A stretch of DNA of 59,516 nucleotides, filler included, from Squatina squatina (taxonomy: Eukaryota): the NCBI GenBank assembly GCA_031763465.1. It is 3 parts of 3 records of this genome, joined end to end, with 100 filler letters (N's around TTAATTAATTAA, not from the genome) between each part and the next. Parts side by side here need not be neighbours in the genome. Positions count along the whole stretch, not along the records: positions 44,412 to 59,516 come from JARFOE010000001.1; 2 more parts are not named here. The stretch is one strand, 5' to 3'. The notes beneath the pieces are model-generated. The model was not told the origin of the DNA. It searched no databases and saw only the letters and a list, made by a program, of their open reading frames with translations. Each line of letters begins with the position of its first letter. The first letter of the stretch is position 1. Positions 54,715 to 59,516 of the stretch are shown piece after piece. Position numbers and translations under genes: made by a program.

Positions 54715-55480
54715 CTAAAAGATGGAGAAAGCACTCTTTANNNNNNNNNNNNNNNNNNNNNNNNNNNNNNNNNNNNNNNNNNNNNNNNNNNNNNNNNNNN
54801 NNNNNNNNNNNNNNNNNNNNNNNNNNNNNNNNNNNNNNNNAAAACTGTACTTTTTTAGTATCAGAATAAGTCACCACTGTTCATAAAATATATGCTTGTA
54901 TTCATTTCAATAAAATTGCATCCCATCTTTAAATTAATGCTTGCATTGAAATTGAATTGCATTTGGAAAGCTACTAGGTTATATCCAAATACTGACAAAG
55001 CAATGTAATGCATTAAGCTACCACTTCAGGGCTAATTCTATATGGCAGTTCTGAAGAACACCATCTGCTTTGCTAGTAATTGCTAATAAAGTCTTAATTA
55101 TTTTCTTGTAACCAGTTTACTTAGACATTTTTTGTAGATTAATCAATCACCTGCAACTAGTCACAATGTTATAATATTCCCAAACAGATATTGCCTTAAT
55201 TATACTAAATCTTTATTAGTGAATACAGGGTAGCTAATTATAATAGGAACTTTGGCATAAATATATGAAGCAAAATGCAATTCTTTAAAAACATTCAGGA
55301 AATGCAGAGCCATGTTTATAATAACAGAATTATTCATATGGAAACAGTCTTAGGTAATATCTATCTAGAAAAGCCTAACAAGGATTGAAACAGGAAAATC
55401 AAATGGATTTTTAAAAGAAAATTAAAGAAATTAGAAAAGCACTATATTATTAAGAGAACAATCGAAACGAAAAAGATTAC

Positions 55481-55589
55481 CTTTACCGCTATAGTATTAT
55501 GCATCACTCTTGCCAATCGTAATGTTGCCAATGGCAAGAAAGTACGGCAAACAGTACTCCGACTTTTATTCTTGTTGGTTTCTATTGTC
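55481..55589 (-). pseudogene. Exon D (109 nt)
   Basis: ttgtcctctag|(R)TIETNKNKSRSTVCRTFLPLATLRLARVMHNTIAVK|gtaatc; the only open frame, CpG-rich in AT-rich surroundings, phase 2 to 0. Confidence 0.7.
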
Positions 55590-56593
55590 CTAGAGGACAA
55601 GGACAATCCAACACTCTTATTTCTATGACTAACAATCTCATTAAATGTATCACTCCCAGCCTTCCACCTTCATCTCCAAGGACCTCATAATTCTTTTCAT
55701 TCCTAAGATCAAAGTGATCCACACAACTGCCTCAATCATCTATCCCACCTTACCCCTTGGTATTTTTCAGTTTTCCCCACTCTTCAAGCTCATCTGTTCC
55801 ATGAGTCCCATTTCCTGCAGTCTTGATCCCATCCCCATTGCATAATGCATACTGAACTTCAGCAGCCACTGGTCAACTCATTTATATAGTAGTGACAAGC
55901 GCCCGCGCCACTATGGATCCGCTTTGGGTACCCACCAAAGGCGGTGGGAAAAGCAGCATCAGATCATTGCTTGGGAGGGTGTGGGTGGACTTCTGGCTAT
56001 CCCCCTCATCCCCCATTCTTCCAGAAAGTACAACAGCTAAAATAATCAGACCTCTTTGTAAGAGGGCTGAGCAGGAAAAGTCCAGGAGACAACTTCTGAG
56101 ATCTTTCAGATCAAGACTCGAGCCTGCAGATCCCAGCCACTTCCACCCCTTAGTTGACCTGTATGTTGGGTTCATCCTGGTTGCATAGCAGATGGGAGGC
56201 TGTCTCTGAGAAAGTTCCTGGTGTCAGAATTCATTTCCCCCTAGCCTTGCCCCACCAGACATCATTGGCCATATTTGACACTGACAAAGGTTCCACCCCA
56301 AACAGGCCCGGCCAGAAATTCAGTCTGGGCTGGGATCTGGCAGCTCTGAGTCCTGCCCTATTTTCTTTTCCCTCTTCTGCACTCCCAGCCGACTTACGCC
56401 ATGAATGCGCAGCTGGCCTCACGGAAATTTGGGGCCAATATATTTTCTGTTACCCACCAGTAGTCAAAATCATAGAATCATAGAAATTTATGGCACAGAA
56501 GGAGGCCATTTGGCCTGTCGTGTCTGTTCAAGATACAAGCATTAAATATAAAATGACATACAATAAAAAAGTTATAATATCTGTGTAACATAC

Positions 56594-56846
56594 CTGATCA
56601 CATCNNNNNNNNNNNNNNNNNNNNNNNNNNNNNNNNNNNNNNNNNNNNNNNNNNNNNNNNNNNNNNNNNNNNNNNNNNNNNNNNNNNNNNNNNNNNNNNN
56701 NNNNAAGACCTTCAGCGAGTCTTGGTTTCTAATCTGTGGCGTGCTTCTGCCCCTATAATGGTATCTCGTTGGATCTTCCAGTGCCGCAGCAACATTGAAT
56801 TCCCTCCTTTGCACGGACAGGCTCCCACCCAATGTTAAAAATCCCT
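56594..56846 (-). pseudogene. Exon C (spans a gap; may be two exons)
   Basis: ctgctag|(E)GFLTLGGSLSVQRREFNVAAALEDPTRYHYRGRSTPQIRNQDSLKV..gap..DVI AG|gtatgt; phase 1 in, phase 2 out, matching both neighbours. Confidence 0.6.
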
Positions 56847-57634
56847 CTAGCAGTCCAGCATGCTTATTTAATGAGCCCCAACCCAGAAAAAGGACATCTT
56901 GCCGTGTCAGAATTAGGTCCCAAAAAGGAAGATTTCCTCCTCAAAGTGTAAGTGCAGTCTCATAAGGTTTTCTAGTGTCCACTTGAGACATCACTTCATC
57001 AGAAAAGTTGAGAAGGATCTTCTACTTCTGAAAAACCATGATGGCTGTTGTTAGCTAGTTTATTATTTTACAAATGATTCTTGAGTTTATTCCTGATGAT
57101 CAATTCTATTATTCTACCCACTATTTTTGCAAGACTAATTGCTCTGTAGTTGGATGGGTCTGTTTTGTAATCTTTCTTGAAAATGAGTACTACTTTAGTT
57201 TATTTCCAATCTAGCAAGAATTCCTCAGTATATACCATGATATCCATTAGCACCTCACAGATCAGTATGCTAGGATAAACACCTTCCATTCATAGGGATT
57301 TGTTTGTCTTGAGCTCTTTTAGCCTGTCTAGAACCTGCATTTCATTGATAATGAAGGCATTAATTAATTGGATTATTATTAATGTTACTTAGAGGCCATG
57401 TTACTGCTGCCTTAACCAGCGCATAATTGAAAGAAGTAATCATTGGATATATTCTATGCTCCTCTATTTTTGCTCTGTGTTCATTCTTTTGGAAAGTGGA
57501 GAATTTGCTCTTTATCAGTGACAGGCGCATTTCTTGTACATTTGCTCTCACCCCCTTTCCTTTCTCTCACAACATTGACAGGATCCCCTTTGTCCTCACC
57601 TTACACCCCTCTAGCTTTCATATTTGCCAGGTGA

Positions 57635-57777
57635 CATAGAAACATAGAAAAATAGGTGCAGAAGTAGGCCATTCGGCCCTTCGAGCCTGCACCGCCATTC
57701 AATATGATTATGGCTGATCAGTACCCCGTACCTGCTTTCTCACCGTACCCCCTGATCCCTTTAGCCGTAAGGGCCAC
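57635..57777 (-). mobile_element. CR1 3' end
   Basis: acatagaaacatagaaaaataggtgcagaagtaggccattcggcccttcga; reverse complement of 50325-50375. Confidence 0.8.
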
Positions 57778-58246
57778 NNNNNNNNNNNNNNNNNNNNNNN
57801 NNNNNNNNNNNNNNNNNNNNNNNNNNNNNNNNNNNNNNNNNNNNNNNNNNNNNNNNNNNNNNNNNNNNNNNNNNNNNCTACCGCCCATTCTGCGCCCATT
57901 TAGCACTAGCACTGAAGGACCAACTGGGCACCCAAAGACTATAATCTGTAGCATTCATTTTTGTTGTTTTTTCTGTTTACTATCTGTTATGCAGCGAATG
58001 TGATAATGTATAGATTACACTCTGATGTAGCACAAGAAATCCATACAGAGGTCAATTAGATAACAAAGCCATTTTGAAAATTATCATTTATACACTCATT
58101 AAATATAGAACCAGGGATATTACTGTCAGATAAAGCTATATACTAAGTACTGTTATGATAAGATACATGCAAAGGTAAAAGGACAGAATCAATCCCCTTC
58201 AGGTTTTCCAGTTTTTAATCAGTCATTTATTTTTTAAAAAGTAAAC

Positions 58247-58343
58247 CAGAAAATGCTTCAAACATTTCATCACAGAGGTCTGGATGCAATCTGAGTGACT
58301 CCATTGCCTTTTCAAGAGCCATACTATCCAAAAGCTTGTTAAG
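58247..58343 (-). pseudogene. Exon B (97 nt)
   Basis: ttacatag|LNKLLDSMALEKAMESLRLHPDLCDEMFEAFS G|gtttac; open frame, phase 0 to 1, weak donor. Confidence 0.6.
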
Positions 58344-58550
58344 CTATGTAAATATAGAGAATTTATTTTTTCAAGAAGCTCAGAATAACAGATTTCCCAC
58401 CTATTTAGATTAAAAAGTTGACAAGTGTTATCTGGAAACAATAGATAAATCATCACAATGAAGCTACAATGAAGAGCTAATAAACAAATGTGAAAACAGC
58501 AGGGATTTTGGATGTAGTTCAAACTGAGTTTGGGATGATAATTCACTCAC

Positions 58551-58936
58551 ATCTGGTATTGTACAGCTCATATAAAGAGCTGAATTCCAATGGTTAGGTG
58601 AGAGTGATTGCTCTTGACATCAAGGCTCAATGTGCCACTGGAGATCCCTAGTAAAACTGAAGTCAATGGAAATCAAGGGGAAAACTCTCCACTGGCTGGA
58701 GTCATACCTAGCACAAAGGAAAATGGCTGTAGTGGTTGGAGGTCATTCATCACNNNNNNNNNNNNNNNNNNNNNNNNNNNNNNNNNNNNNNNNNNNNNNN
58801 NNNNNNNNNNNNNNNNNNNNNNNNNNNNNNNNNNNNNNNNNNNNNNNNNNNNNCATATTGTGAGGAAATGTGCAATTTATATTCCACTGTGGAAACTCTA
58901 GCTGGTATGGGGAATGCGGAAATGCAAAATACTGCT
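58551..58936 (-). pseudogene. Exon A, split by a LINE fragment and a gap
   Basis: ccctag|(E)QYFAFPHSPYQLEFPQWNINCTFPHNM [insert] SCTIPD|gtgagt. The halves rejoin in frame if the duplicated CATAT (58569-58573, 58854-58858) is counted once. Confidence 0.6.
58574..58753 (+). mobile_element. LINE RT fragment inserted in exon A
   Basis: VIALDIKA.../LVKLKSMEIKGKTLHWLESYLAQRKMAVVVGG. Confidence 0.85.
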
Positions 58937-58949
58937 CTAGGGTCAGCGT

Positions 58950-59180
58950 AAAGAAAGACTTGTATTTATAAAGCATCTTATCACATCTCTCAGAAATGTC
59001 CCAAAGCACTTCATATACAATAAATTACTGTTGCTGGTTTAATGTCTGATCCAAAATATAGCATTCCCACAATGCAGCATTCCCTCAGTACTACATTGCA
59101 CTGTCAGTCCAAATTATGTGCTCACGTTCTGGACTGAAGCTTCAACTCACAGCCTTCCCAGAGTCAAGAGAGTGTACAAT
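58950..59180 (-). mobile_element. Deu-SINE, internally deleted
   Basis: aaagaaagacttgtatttataaagc tail and gcagcattccctcagtactacatt. Confidence 0.68.
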
Positions 59181-59516
59181 CCCATGAATTTGTACTTGTC
59201 AAATTATGTTTCATTTTTCCTCAAGCAAAGACTATTCTTCCTCATTGATTTTAAAAATCAATGGATATAGTACAAAATGATCATGGCAGGTTGGGACATA
59301 CACAAGTTTTAGCTGTGTGGTTTTTTTTAAGAAACTGGTGTTAAATTACTCACACTGGTTTAGTAGAGGAATAAAGAAAATCTGTGAATAATGGAAATTG
59401 GAAATAAATACAAAATAGAAAATGTTGGAAATGTATCAGTCTGCATCTGAATGAGAAAGGCGGGTTAGTATTTCAGGTGCTACAGAAGTATTAGCATATC
59501 TTTGACTTTCAGATGC

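Larger units (their letters stand above)
46992..58936 (-). pseudogene. Large multi-exon decayed gene of uncertain identity (about 14 exon candidates)
   Basis: Co-oriented exon-like segments with pyrimidine-AG acceptors and GT (one GC) donors: 58936-58551, 58343-58247, 56846-56594, 55589-55481, 54714-54488, 54111-53971, 51421-~51090, 50886-50653, ~50224-50140, 50073-~49992, 48737-48485, 47691-47506, 47406-47259, 47047-46992. Phases are mostly compatible. Many in-frame stops and two LINE insertions. Confidence 0.68.

Overview
Gappy vertebrate genomic DNA; the repeat content (Deu-domain SINEs, CR1 LINEs with 'ctatgattcta' tails) points to a cartilaginous fish (inference). Two synthetic N44-TTAATTAATTAA-N44 spacers (30786-30885, 44312-44411) split the window into three blocks that need not be natural neighbours. 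Block 1 (1-30785) holds a CCDC85A-like first coding exon (minus strand, frameshifted at its 3' end), a miR-216b hairpin (plus) and the first three coding exons of an EFEMP1/fibulin-3-like gene (plus). This is the CCDC85A <- miR-216 -> EFEMP1 arrangement known from human 2p16, but miR-216a and miR-217 are not visible. Block 2 (30886-44311) is repeat-dense and contains one EIF3K coding exon. Block 3 (44412-59516) holds a degenerate Gypsy-type gag and the main unexplained signal: a minus-strand chain of about 14 exon-like segments with splice signals and mostly compatible phases. The chain carries many stop codons and two LINE insertions, consistent with a large decayed gene that I cannot assign with confidence (weak recalled resemblance to the GREB1 family). 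All homology statements come from remembered sequences; no searches were run.
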